Shown here piece by piece: positions 18,773-27,994 of a DNA stretch of 64,000 bases. Source of the DNA: Minisyncoccota bacterium (GTDB lineage: Bacteria; Patescibacteriota; Minisyncoccia; Phycocordibacterales; UBA9973); assembly GCA_036517535.1 (NCBI GenBank), contig DATDVS010000028.1, positions 295 to 64,294 of the forward strand. The letters run 5' to 3'. A program made the translations under genes and the position numbers. The notes under the pieces are model-generated. The model saw only the letters and a program-made list of their open reading frames with translations. It was not told the DNA's origin and searched no databases. How positions within the stretch are numbered: the first letter of the stretch is position 1; every line of letters starts with the position of its first letter.

Positions 18773-19876
18773 ATGAAGAAGACTGTGTTTGTGGGTATCT
18801 CGGGAGGGGTAGATAGTGCCGTATCTGCGGCACTGCTTCAAAAAGACGGCTATGATGTCGTCGGTGTTTTTATTCGAACCTGGCACCCGGAATTTTTAAA
18901 ATGCAATGAGGAAGAGGAGCGGCGGGATGCCATGCGCGTGGCGGCCCATTTGGACATCCCCTTTCTTACTTTTGATTTGGAAGATGTGTACAAGAGGGAA
19001 GTCGGAGACTATATGATAAGAGAATACAAGTCCGGCCGTACGCCAAATCCGGACGTAATGTGCAACAAAGAAGTGAAATTTGGTGCTTTTCTCAAAAAGG
19101 CTCTGGCCATGGGCGCGGACTACATAGCAACTGGTCATTATGCTCAGAATTTCGGGTGTTGGACACCCGCGATTCGGGTGTCCAACACCCGAAAAGAGGA
19201 TTTTCAATTAACTAGGGGCAAGGACTCTTCTAAAGACCAGAGTTATTTCTTGTGGACTTTAACTCAAAAACAATTAGCTAAAATTTTATTTCCCATCGGC
19301 CACTTGCGGAAGCAAGGCGTTCGCAAGTTAGCGAAGAAGTTCAAGTTGCCGGTGGCGGAAAAGAAGGACAGCCAGGGCATCTGCTTCCTGGGGCCGGTGG
19401 ATTTGAAGGAATTTTTGAGGCACTACATAAAAGAAAAAAAAGGCAAAGTGGTGAACGAGCGCGGTGAAGTAATCGGGCACCATAACGGAGTAGAGTTTAG
19501 TACGCTAGGGGAGCGAGGCGGGTTTACGATTACTAAAAAGACTCCGACGGATAAACCTTATTATGTAGTGGAAAAAGATATGAAGAAAAATATTTTAACA
19601 GTTTCTATTAGGCAAGACCTAGCTAAAAGTCATTCCAAAGTTCTAACGAACAGTAGAATAGAAAAAACAAATTGGATTTTTGAAATTCCAAAACTCAATA
19701 AAATTTATACGGCACAGATCCGTTACCATGGCGAACTACTCAAGTGTAAAGTGGAGGGGATAAAGTCTAAAACCGCGGAGATTATTTTCGAGAAGCCTGT
19801 CTTAGTCGCACCGGGGCAATCAATTGTTCTTTACGAAAGGGACGTTTGCGTGGGGGGAGGAGTGGTGTATAATTAA
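18773..19876 (+). CDS. mnmA: tRNA 2-thiouridine(34) synthase MnmA
   Basis: 367 aa. PP-loop GISGGVDSAV, NPDVMCN and KDQSYFL motifs. Confidence 0.95.
   Translation: MKKTVFVGISGGVDSAVSAALLQKDGYDVVGVFIRTWHPEFLKCNEEEERRDAMRVAAHLDIPFLTFDLEDVYKREVGDYMIREYKSGRTPNPDVMCNKEVKFGAFLKKALAMGADYIATGHYAQNFGCWTPAIRVSNTRKEDFQLTRGKDSSKDQSYFLWTLTQKQLAKILFPIGHLRKQGVRKLAKKFKLPVAEKKDSQGICFLGPVDLKEFLRHYIKEKKGKVVNERGEVIGHHNGVEFSTLGERGGFTITKKTPTDKPYYVVEKDMKKNILTVSIRQDLAKSHSKVLTNSRIEKTNWIFEIPKLNKIYTAQIRYHGELLKCKVEGIKSKTAEIIFEKPVLVAPGQSIVLYERDVCVGGGVVYN
19151..19193. repeat. in-frame 43-bp perfect hairpin inside mnmA
   Basis: TTCGGGTGTTGGACACCCG-CGATT-CGGGTGTCCAACACCCGAA (19-bp arms, 5-nt loop). Encodes FGCWTPAIRVSNTR. 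Confidence 0.8.
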
Positions 19877-19884
19877 TGTAATTT

Positions 19885-20613
19885 ATGCCTGAACCCAAAG
19901 GACCAGGATCAAAGACAGGGAAAAGTCCTCGGGATTTATTTGAACAGGCTAAAAAGGAATTTTCTCGACCTGTGCCACAGGCATATCGTCCACTGATTGC
20001 TATTGATAAAGGAGATGGAATTAAGATTGGCAAAGAACTTTTTACTCGAAGAATTTTTAAAAACATCTCAGGAGGAACAGGATTCTCTTATATGGATCTT
20101 TTTCATTATGTCTTACCAGACAATGCACCAGAACACGACCCCAAACAAGAAATTAGAAAACTAGTCGCTAGCTTAATCAAAGGAAGAGATTTTATAGATC
20201 TGGGTTCTGGATATGATGAGCGAGGCGATACTATAGGATTTGAAACCGCCAAAAAATTTGGTGCACGGCGCTATATAGGTGTAGATTTGCAAGTTCAGGA
20301 GACTTTTCGAAATGAAAGTATTCCCCAGGTATTTTTTAAAAGTGAAGTTTTAGAATTTATCTCCAAAGTTTCGGATCCTAGAAAAGATACACCAAGTAAA
20401 TTTATTGCGATTTCAGGACTAGATCCCGACTTCCCCAGCGCGCCTCAGGCAGACCAATATTTTAAAGCTTTTTCGGATGAATTAAGAAGGATTACTAAAA
20501 AGGGGGATGTGGTATATATTGGACCCTTCTCTGAAGTATTGGAGGATATTCTTGAGCTTAAAAAAATAGGCTTTGTACGTGGCAGGGAACATTTATGGAC
20601 CCAAAATTCTTAA
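19885..20613 (+). CDS. hypothetical protein, Rossmann/class I methyltransferase-like motif
   Basis: 242 aa. FIDLGSGYDERG resembles SAM-binding motif I. AT-rich gene. Confidence 0.35.
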   Translation: MPEPKGPGSKTGKSPRDLFEQAKKEFSRPVPQAYRPLIAIDKGDGIKIGKELFTRRIFKNISGGTGFSYMDLFHYVLPDNAPEHDPKQEIRKLVASLIKGRDFIDLGSGYDERGDTIGFETAKKFGARRYIGVDLQVQETFRNESIPQVFFKSEVLEFISKVSDPRKDTPSKFIAISGLDPDFPSAPQADQYFKAFSDELRRITKKGDVVYIGPFSEVLEDILELKKIGFVRGREHLWTQNS

Positions 20614-20639
20614 ATGTTTATTATTAATAAATAATAGTA

Positions 20640-20645
20640 TATAAT
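20640..20645 (+). promoter_or_regulatory. -10 element (TATAAT)
   Basis: Lies 6 nt upstream of the ATG at 20652. Confidence 0.4.
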
Positions 20646-20651
20646 TGTTCT

Positions 20652-21122
20652 ATGATTCACTTTTTTGCGCAAAACAGCGAAATCATTATTCGTCTTTTAG
20701 TAGCGGTGGGCCTCGGGATGGTGGTCGGCGTGGAGCGTGCGCTGGTGCGTAAGGAAGCCGGCATGAAGACGCACGCGCTGGTATCCTTGGGATCGGCGCT
20801 CTTTATAATCATCTCCGAATTGATTGCGATCAAATATTCGAGTATTGGCGGTTTTGACCCTACTCGTATCGCTTCCCAGGTCATCGTCGGCATCGGCTTC
20901 CTCGGTGCTGGCTCGATTATTCTCCAGGGCAACAGGCTCCTCGGCCTCACCACCGCCGGCGGACTGTGGGTCACGGCCGGCATCGGTATGGCTGCCGGAT
21001 TCGGTTTCTACGCACTGGCTGGGATTGTCACCACACTGACTGTCCTCATACTTGTAACGGTCAATATTTTCGAAAAGCCGATACGCAAAATCTCCGGCGA
21101 GATGGAACCACCCCAAAATTAG
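20652..21122 (+). CDS. MgtC/SapB family membrane protein
   Basis: 156 aa. GLGMVVGVERALVRKEAGMKTHALVSLGSALF is typical of the MgtC N-terminal domain. Confidence 0.8.
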   Translation: MIHFFAQNSEIIIRLLVAVGLGMVVGVERALVRKEAGMKTHALVSLGSALFIIISELIAIKYSSIGGFDPTRIASQVIVGIGFLGAGSIILQGNRLLGLTTAGGLWVTAGIGMAAGFGFYALAGIVTTLTVLILVTVNIFEKPIRKISGEMEPPQN

Positions 21123-21127
21123 ATGAT

Positions 21128-22930
21128 ATGGACTCAAATGAAATCCGGCAGAAATTTCTAAAATTTTTCGAGCAAGAGTCTCATGGAGGACACAAAATAC
21201 TCCCTTCTTCTTCACTGGTGCCGGAAAATGATCCTTCCGTACTTTTTACTTCTGCTGGCATGCAGCAGTTCAAGCCGTACTATACTGCTCCGGAAAATGC
21301 AGTAAAAGATTTTGAAAATAGGAATATTGTTACGGTGCAGAAATGTATTCGCACCGGTGACATTGACGAGGTGGGGGATGACACCCATCTGACATTCTTT
21401 GAAATGCTCGGCAATTTTTCCTTTGGCGGATACGGCAGGCGCGAAGCTATCACTTATGCGCATGAATTCATCACTAAAGAATTGGGACTCGAGATTTCTT
21501 ACGTGACTTTTTATAAAGGCGAGGGTGTAGTTGATCGAGACGAGGAGTCCAAAGACATCTGGGCGCTACTCGGCGTCAAAGACATCCGCGCCGAAGGCGC
21601 GGATGTCTTCTGGGGGCCGACCGGGGACTCGGGGCCTTGCGGGCCAACGACAGAAATATATTGTAAGAATGCCAACGGCGACGATGTGGAAATTTGGAAT
21701 ATAGTTTTCAACGAATATTTTTGCAACGGGTCCCGTGAACAGCTCGACCGTGGCGAAGCAAAATTAAAAAAGCTTGAGACACTAGGCGTAGATACGGGAA
21801 TGGGTTTCGAGAGATTACTCGCTACTGTACAAAAGAAGAAAAGTGTTTACGAGACGGATGTATTCTCTTTACTCATGGGGAATATTAAAGAACGGTCTCC
21901 AAATTTCAATGATAGAAATGCACGGGTAGTGGTAGATCATTTACGCGGCGCTATGTTTATAATGTTTGACGGTGTTACACCTTCAAACACGGGTCGAGGC
22001 TATATACTTCGCCGCTTGCTACGCAGAGCCTTCACTAGAGCATCTCTAATAGAATTGCAAAATGACTTTTACGAAGAACTTATAGGTCTTATATCAAAAA
22101 TTTATTCTGTAACCTATCCGGAAATACAGGGAAAATTAGATCAAATCTACTCAGTTATATCGGAAGAACAAAAAGCATTTGAAAAACCGCTGGATGGAAT
22201 TGAAACCTACCGCCTTGATTTAGAGGCAGCTAGGCTAGGTGTCAATAAAAAAATGGGCGATGAGTTTATTTTGAAAGATAAAAATACCGCATCAGGAAGA
22301 TATATTTACACCAGTTTTGAAACCTTCGGAAATCCTATTGACCTTAGTATCGCTGCTGCCAAACAATTAGGATACGAAGTAGATGAGGCCGCGATAGAAC
22401 AGGCCAAAAAAGAGCATCAAGAAAAATCTCGCACTGCTTCTGCCGGTATGTTTAAAGGCGGATTAGCCAATTACGATCCGAAAACGATCAAACTTCACAC
22501 CGCACACCATTTACTCTTGGCTGGTCTTCAAGCGATTTTAGGTAAAAGCGTAAAACAAAAAGGCAGCAATATAAATGAAGAGAGGTTGCGCATTGATTTT
22601 CTTTTTGACAGGAAAATGACCGATGAGGAAAGGAAAAAAGTGGAAGATTGGGTAAATAATAAAATAAAACAGGAATTAGAGGTGACAAAGAGAGAATTAC
22701 CGCTTCATTTGGCTGAAAAAATAGGCGCCGAAATGGAATTTGGCGCTAAATATCCCGAAACAGTATCAGTTTATTTTATTGGTCCCGGTAACGCTCCGTA
22801 CGAGGCTATATCCAAGGAATTCTGTGGGGGGCCGCATGCGTCCAACACCCGTGAACTCGGGGTGTTTAAGATTCAGAAAGAAGAAGCAGTAGCGCAAGGT
22901 ATTAGACGCATCAAGGCTTTACTTACATAA
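21128..22930 (+). CDS. alaS: alanine--tRNA ligase, short form
   Basis: Start taken at Met 55 of ORF 20966-22930 (MDSNEIRQKFLKFFE). Contains FTSAGMQQFKPYY, WGPTGDSGPCGPTTEIY, the editing-site HTAHHLL and CGGPHASNT. About 600 aa, with no C-Ala domain. Confidence 0.9.
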   Translation: MDSNEIRQKFLKFFEQESHGGHKILPSSSLVPENDPSVLFTSAGMQQFKPYYTAPENAVKDFENRNIVTVQKCIRTGDIDEVGDDTHLTFFEMLGNFSFGGYGRREAITYAHEFITKELGLEISYVTFYKGEGVVDRDEESKDIWALLGVKDIRAEGADVFWGPTGDSGPCGPTTEIYCKNANGDDVEIWNIVFNEYFCNGSREQLDRGEAKLKKLETLGVDTGMGFERLLATVQKKKSVYETDVFSLLMGNIKERSPNFNDRNARVVVDHLRGAMFIMFDGVTPSNTGRGYILRRLLRRAFTRASLIELQNDFYEELIGLISKIYSVTYPEIQGKLDQIYSVISEEQKAFEKPLDGIETYRLDLEAARLGVNKKMGDEFILKDKNTASGRYIYTSFETFGNPIDLSIAAAKQLGYEVDEAAIEQAKKEHQEKSRTASAGMFKGGLANYDPKTIKLHTAHHLLLAGLQAILGKSVKQKGSNINEERLRIDFLFDRKMTDEERKKVEDWVNNKIKQELEVTKRELPLHLAEKIGAEMEFGAKYPETVSVYFIGPGNAPYEAISKEFCGGPHASNTRELGVFKIQKEEAVAQGIRRIKALLT

Positions 22931-22931
22931 A

Positions 22932-24530
22932 ATGGAAAAAACCCCTGGAAAAGCATTAGACCCATTGGATTTAGATAAGGTTGCACAAGAAATCAAGACA
23001 ATTGATCCTAATGTGGAGGAATTAAAAAGCCTAGTTGACACTCCAGAATTTCAAGCCAATTTTTTAGTGGTCCAAACTAGGGCAGAAATTGCGAACAGAA
23101 ACAAGTTATTAAATACGCCGAAAAGAAGAGGTAGCACAGCAAAATTAACTGAGGCTGAAGAAGCCATTGCTCGAGCGACAGCGTTCCAAACGCAAAAATT
23201 AAACCAATTAAAAGAAGAATTAAAGCACCCTAATCCAAAACTAGTGGAAGCTTTAAATGCTTGGGGGAGGTCAAGAAACCTTAAAAAAGAATCAGGTCCG
23301 GAACGAAAAGGTTTTAACGCTGGGATAGTTCATTACTTTGAATATCGAACACATCTTCGTAAAAATAAAAAGCGTTATAAAACAGAACACACAGTAAGTA
23401 TAGACGGATTTATAATATACACTGAAAGATATAGTAGCTTTATCAAAAATCAGAACCCCATAACTAATCCTGAAATTGAAACAGCTAGGTTGTTTGAAGA
23501 TCCTAACGGAAATCGTCGTTTGTATGTGTTAACAAAAGAAAAAGAGTTCGTTGTGGGTTTCCAGAGAGCTGGACAAGAAATGAAAATTCTTTCGGTTTAT
23601 TTAGGGCAAAATGAAACTATGCTAAATAGAACCGCAGATGCAGAATTAAACTCTACAGAACAAGCAAGAGCTAGATTTAATCATTTAGAAAGTCCTGTAA
23701 AAGAAATTGCACTGAGTGGTGGTATCGAAGGACAAGCTTCATATGAATTGGTGTCAAATTCGGACTATTTAGGTTTTCAGAACGTTGAGGTGACAGAGGT
23801 TGACGAAACCAAGCCTTGGAAACTTGCAACCAAAGTTAAAGTAACCAAAAAAGATGGAAAAGTTGTAGAAATTGATGCTCAAACTCCGTTCTTTATCCTC
23901 CGAAATAGAGATGGAAAAGAACTGTCGGTGTCAGCTGTAGTAGCTGGGCATATCGATAGTTTACATATTAAAGGAACTGATGCGGGAAGTCTTTTTAATG
24001 AACCTTCACTTCAAGCCCTCATGGAAGATGCAGCCAGAAAAATTCCTAATGATGTGCCGTCAATACCTGGAATTTCTTTATTTGATATGGAAATGGGAAA
24101 GAATATGGGCAAAGAAGGTATAGCCAGCCTAAAAGAATTGCAAGAATCAGGAGTACTTTCAGCCGAAGACGTGCAAAAGGCATTATCTTTTAAAGAGGAG
24201 GCAGTAAAACTTAATCGATCTGGGACAAAACTCGAAAAAGAAGCCTTTATAAAAACTCACTCCGATGAAAAAGTTAACTTTAGACTAATACGAGGTGAGA
24301 TACTTGTTCCCGTCGTCGATACACCCAAAAGACCCACTACAAAATTGTTTATGGTTTTTGAACCGGTTGAGGGCGACACTAGAAAAACATTATATACAGC
24401 TGCACCTGGGCGCAAAATGCCCTTACACCCCAATCCTACATACCATATTAGAGATGGCATGGTTGATGAAATTGCTTTCAGGGAATCCGCAGAGGCTTGG
24501 TTCGATACTGTTATGCTGGCCGGGGCATAA
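22932..24530 (+). CDS. hypothetical protein (orphan)
   Basis: 532-aa uninterrupted ORF starting 1 nt after the alaS stop. No motif recognised, no TM helix or signal peptide. Confidence 0.5.
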   Translation: MEKTPGKALDPLDLDKVAQEIKTIDPNVEELKSLVDTPEFQANFLVVQTRAEIANRNKLLNTPKRRGSTAKLTEAEEAIARATAFQTQKLNQLKEELKHPNPKLVEALNAWGRSRNLKKESGPERKGFNAGIVHYFEYRTHLRKNKKRYKTEHTVSIDGFIIYTERYSSFIKNQNPITNPEIETARLFEDPNGNRRLYVLTKEKEFVVGFQRAGQEMKILSVYLGQNETMLNRTADAELNSTEQARARFNHLESPVKEIALSGGIEGQASYELVSNSDYLGFQNVEVTEVDETKPWKLATKVKVTKKDGKVVEIDAQTPFFILRNRDGKELSVSAVVAGHIDSLHIKGTDAGSLFNEPSLQALMEDAARKIPNDVPSIPGISLFDMEMGKNMGKEGIASLKELQESGVLSAEDVQKALSFKEEAVKLNRSGTKLEKEAFIKTHSDEKVNFRLIRGEILVPVVDTPKRPTTKLFMVFEPVEGDTRKTLYTAAPGRKMPLHPNPTYHIRDGMVDEIAFRESAEAWFDTVMLAGA

Positions 24531-24556
24531 ATTCTCTTGTATGTTATAATTCAAGC

Positions 24557-25735
24557 ATGGTATCGTTTTTTTCACGGCCAAAGCGTATAGACGAGCTAGC
24601 TCTGGTTTTCGACATAGGTTCTTCCTCGGTCGGTGGAGCCATTTTTCTAACTCGGCCGAAAGCCCCACCAAAGATAATCTGCTCTTTCCGCGAGCCGATC
24701 TTGGCGGAAAAAAAGCTCAGCTTCGATCGGTTCTTTGCCCTGACTTTGAAATCACTCGACACCGTGGCGCTCGAGATCCTCAAAATGGGCCGTGGAGCGC
24801 CTGCGCGCATTTTCTGTGTTCTGTCATCTCCATGGTATATATCCCAACCGCGGACCATACGGCTGGAGAAAAATACTCCTTTTGTATTTAATTCCAAACT
24901 TGCTGACGGCCTGATTCAGAAGGAGATCGCCCTCTTTAGGGAAGAGCACGCGCAAATGAATCAGGGTTCGGAAGAAAAATGGAAGCCGATCGAGTTTAAG
25001 AATTTGAAAACAGTGCTGAACGGATATCCGACTGCGAATCCGTATAATCAGAAAACCAAAGAGCTCGAAATGACGATGTTCATCTCCATGAGCCCGGAGG
25101 CTGTGTTGAAAAAAATAGAAGAGACCATCGCCAAGCATTTTCATTTCAAGGAAATAAGATTTTCTTCATTTGTGATCGCTTCCTTCGCGGTGGTGCGGGA
25201 TATGTTCGTCCACCAAGAAGAGTTCTTGTTGATCGACATAGGCGGAGAAGTGACCGACATATCTTTGGTAAAGGAGAATACTTTAGGCCAGTCGATTTCT
25301 TTCCCGTTGGGCCCGAATTTTTTGCTACGCTCTCTCGCGGAGGAAACGGGGTGCACGCTAAGCGAGGCCGCTTCGATAATATCTCTGTATAAAGACGGCC
25401 ACGCCGAAAGCGGAAGCTTAAAGAAACTCGACCCGATGATGAATAAATTAAAGACCCGCTGGCTTTCCAAGTTCCAGGAGTCGCTCGCCAACCTCTCCAG
25501 TGATATTTCTATCCCCTCCACCATTTTTATTGCGGTCGATAAAGAATTTGCGAGTTTTTTTAGGGAGATTATTCAGAGTGAACAGTTTAACCAGTACACC
25601 CTGACCCAGTCGAAGTTCCAGATAATTTTTCTAGACGCGGGGGTCTTTCATAACGCGGCGTTTTTTAACGAAGAGGCGGTACGCGATCCGTTCCTTATTA
25701 TCGAGGCGATTTATATTAATAGATTTTTATACTAA
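24557..25735 (+). CDS. actin-like ATPase (FtsA/PilM-like)
   Basis: Start taken at Met 21 of the ORF. Phosphate-binding-like motifs LVFDIGSSSVGGAIF and LLIDIGGEVTDISLV. Confidence 0.55.
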   Translation: MVSFFSRPKRIDELALVFDIGSSSVGGAIFLTRPKAPPKIICSFREPILAEKKLSFDRFFALTLKSLDTVALEILKMGRGAPARIFCVLSSPWYISQPRTIRLEKNTPFVFNSKLADGLIQKEIALFREEHAQMNQGSEEKWKPIEFKNLKTVLNGYPTANPYNQKTKELEMTMFISMSPEAVLKKIEETIAKHFHFKEIRFSSFVIASFAVVRDMFVHQEEFLLIDIGGEVTDISLVKENTLGQSISFPLGPNFLLRSLAEETGCTLSEAASIISLYKDGHAESGSLKKLDPMMNKLKTRWLSKFQESLANLSSDISIPSTIFIAVDKEFASFFREIIQSEQFNQYTLTQSKFQIIFLDAGVFHNAAFFNEEAVRDPFLIIEAIYINRFLY

Positions 25736-25737
25736 AT

Positions 25738-27015
25738 ATGCCCAAAATAGTACAAGATATGATAAAAACAAGGCCCACTCCGGAGGAGTTCTTCGAGCGC
25801 GCCCGCCAGCGGAAGGAAGAGCGGCTCGGTCCTAAAATTCCGCCGAATATAAAGAGACCAAAGGACCCGGCGGCAACAAAACGCCGTGGCCGCAGATGGG
25901 GGCTTTGGTTTATTGCGGTAGCCGCTATAATATTTTTCCTTTTTGCCCTGTCCTTTCTTTTTTCCAAGGCGGTCATCACTATAACGCCTAAATCAGTCGA
26001 GGTGGTTTTAAATGAAAATTTATCCGCAAACAAGGATACGAGTTCCGGACCCCTGTCTTTTGACCTGGCGGTGATTTCCGGAGAGGAAGTCAAAGAAATA
26101 GACGCGGCGCTCGAAAAAGAAGTTTCCACAAAAGCGACCGGCCGGGTGATAATTTATAATGCTTTCAGCGCCGCGTCGCAAATCCTCTCTATCGACACTC
26201 GGCTCGAAGGTTCAAACGGCAAAATTTACAAAACCGATAAGCGCATAATCGTGCCGGGCATGGCCAAAAATGGAACACCCGGGAAAATCGAGGTTGGAAT
26301 ATATGGCAGTGTGGGGGGGACGGAGTACAACAGCGCTCCCCTTGATTTTAAAATTTTAGGCTTCAAAGGCACAGCCAAATACGAGAAGATCTACGCCCGC
26401 TCCAAGGGGGAAATTACCGGGGGGTTTAAGGGCTTTGTCGCGGAAGTGTCGGAGGAAGAGAAGTCCGGCACAATAAGCGCCCTTAAAACCGCCCTAAAAG
26501 CCAAGCTCCTAAAAAAGATAACAGATCAGACGCCCGGCGGGTTCATTTTGTTCAAGGACGCCGTATTTCTGGAGAGCGATGAAGGGTCGGTCGGCGCTTC
26601 CAGTGGCGGCAAGGCCCCGATAACCGTGAAGGGAACGCTCTACGCGCTCCTCTTCGACGAAGCCAAGCTCGCCAAGAAAATTGCCACAATCAAAATCGCG
26701 GACTACGACGGTAGTGATGTATTCCTGCCCCACATGCAGGACCTCAAATTTATCCTGGCTAACAAGGAAAATATTTCCTTTGCCGAGGCCAAAAGCATAG
26801 ATTTCAATTTATCGGGAAAAGATAAAATAGTTTATAAATTCGACCGGGATAAATTCATCGCGGAGATAGCGGGTAAACAAAAGAAAGATTTTAACATGAC
26901 TTTATCAAAATATAAAAACGTGCAATCGGCAAGCTCGGTGATCCGGCCATTCTGGCGGGCGTCTTTCCCGAGCAAAATTGAAAATATCGAAGTTGTCGTT
27001 AATTACCCGCAGTAA
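25738..27015 (+). CDS. hypothetical single-pass membrane protein
   Basis: 425 aa. Basic N-terminus, one TM helix (WGLWFIAVAAIIFFLFALSFLF), and a beta-rich extracytoplasmic part. Starts 2 nt after the actin-like gene. Confidence 0.5.
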   Translation: MPKIVQDMIKTRPTPEEFFERARQRKEERLGPKIPPNIKRPKDPAATKRRGRRWGLWFIAVAAIIFFLFALSFLFSKAVITITPKSVEVVLNENLSANKDTSSGPLSFDLAVISGEEVKEIDAALEKEVSTKATGRVIIYNAFSAASQILSIDTRLEGSNGKIYKTDKRIIVPGMAKNGTPGKIEVGIYGSVGGTEYNSAPLDFKILGFKGTAKYEKIYARSKGEITGGFKGFVAEVSEEEKSGTISALKTALKAKLLKKITDQTPGGFILFKDAVFLESDEGSVGASSGGKAPITVKGTLYALLFDEAKLAKKIATIKIADYDGSDVFLPHMQDLKFILANKENISFAEAKSIDFNLSGKDKIVYKFDRDKFIAEIAGKQKKDFNMTLSKYKNVQSASSVIRPFWRASFPSKIENIEVVVNYPQ

Positions 27016-27028
27016 TATGATCCTTCCC

Positions 27029-27057
27029 TTGACGCACTCTCTCATGTTTGTTATATT
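27029..27057 (+). promoter_or_regulatory. infA promoter
   Basis: TTGACG followed by TGtTATATT, with 17 nt between the hexamers. 12 nt to the ATG at 27070. Confidence 0.55.
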
Positions 27058-27069
27058 TATTTCATACAA

Positions 27070-27303
27070 ATGAGCGGCTCCAACAAAGAAATATTACCGA
27101 TTGCCAGAGGTGTAGTGACCGAGGCGCTTCCGTCTACATTATTTAGAGTCAAACTCGAGGACCAAGGAGACGATCAGCCAGAAATACTCGCGTACCTGGG
27201 GGGCAAGATGCGGATGCACCGGATCAAAGTTTTAATAGGGGACAAGGTCGAAGTCGTACTCGATCCCTACGGAGGAAAGGGAAGGATAGTTAAAAGGTCG
27301 TAA
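27070..27303 (+). CDS. infA: translation initiation factor IF-1
   Basis: 77 aa, S1-like IF-1 sequence (GKMRMHRIKVLIGDKVEVVLDPY). Confidence 0.95.
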   Translation: MSGSNKEILPIARGVVTEALPSTLFRVKLEDQGDDQPEILAYLGGKMRMHRIKVLIGDKVEVVLDPYGGKGRIVKRS

Positions 27304-27371
27304 AAGGGTTGTAATTTTATTTGGAATAGTGTATCATTGTAAGTGCGGTTAGTAAAAGTGAAAAGACATTG

Positions 27372-27398
27372 AAAAATAAGGGTTTTTCCCTTGTTTTT
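27372..27398 (+). terminator. hairpin with T tract after infA
   Basis: AAAAATAAGGG-TTTTT-CCCTTGTTTTT. Confidence 0.45.
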
Positions 27399-27427
27399 GT
27401 CTTACTTTGGGCAACTTGTAAAATTTT

Positions 27428-27538
27428 ATGAAAATCAAAGCATCGGTGAAAAAAATTTGTGATAATTGCAAGCTAGTAAGGCGAGCTAGGCATCTGCGGG
27501 TGATTTGTTCCAATCCTAAGCACAAACAAAAACAATAA
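27428..27538 (+). CDS. rpmJ: 50S ribosomal protein L36
   Basis: 36-aa ORF absent from the ORF track: [36 protein letters not shown]. Ends 2 nt before rpsM. Confidence 0.9.
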   Translation: MKIKASVKKICDNCKLVRRARHLRVICSNPKHKQKQ

Positions 27539-27540
27539 TT

Positions 27541-27921
27541 ATGAGAATTCTTGGAATTACGGTCCCAAATGAAAAGCGGCTGGAGATTGGCTTGACCTGT
27601 TTTTATGGTATTGGCATCTCCAGTGCTCAGAGAATCTTAGACCAGGTAAGCATCGACAGGGGCAAAAAAGCCAAGGACCTGACAGCAGACGAAGAAAATA
27701 AAATCCGCGCTATTATCGAGGCGATGACCATCGAAGGAAACTTGAAAAGAGAGATCTCAGCCAACATCAAGAGGCTGAAGGATATCAAAACTTACCGGGG
27801 CATCCGCCACATCAAGAGGCTGCCAGTTCGTGGACAGCGTACAAAAACGAACTCGAGGACGGTACGCGGAAATGTCCGCAAGACCATGGCCTCCGGTAAA
27901 CGTAAGGAATCCAAGACCTAG
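27541..27921 (+). CDS. rpsM: 30S ribosomal protein S13
   Basis: 126 aa with a typical S13 sequence, in infA-rpmJ-rpsM-rpsK-rpsD-rpoA-rplQ order. Confidence 0.95.
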   Translation: MRILGITVPNEKRLEIGLTCFYGIGISSAQRILDQVSIDRGKKAKDLTADEENKIRAIIEAMTIEGNLKREISANIKRLKDIKTYRGIRHIKRLPVRGQRTKTNSRTVRGNVRKTMASGKRKESKT

Positions 27922-27931
27922 CAGAGTGAAA

Positions 27932-27956
27932 AGTAGAAAGTTATAAAGTTATAAAG
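27932..27956. repeat. intergenic AGTAGAAAGTTATAAAGT motif block
   Basis: AGTAGAAAGTTATAAAGTTATAAAG, between rpsM and rpsK. Confidence 0.7.
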
Positions 27957-27994
27957 AAAATACAAATACTTTAAAAACTTTATGAACTAAATTT

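Noticed and set aside
20966-21127. 54-codon N-terminal extension of the alaS ORF in the track (MGHGRHRYGC...).
   Set aside because: It overlaps the 3' end of mgtC in another frame and has an implausible Cys/His/Arg-rich composition. The canonical AlaRS N-terminus MDSNEIRQKFLKFFE begins at 21128.
22841-22866. TCCAACACCCG in alaS matches an arm of the mnmA hairpin and forms a small hairpin with CGGGGTGTT.
   Set aside because: It encodes the conserved AlaRS C-terminal motif (GGPHASNTRELGVFKI). The protein conservation explains the sequence, and an 11-nt match is probably coincidental.
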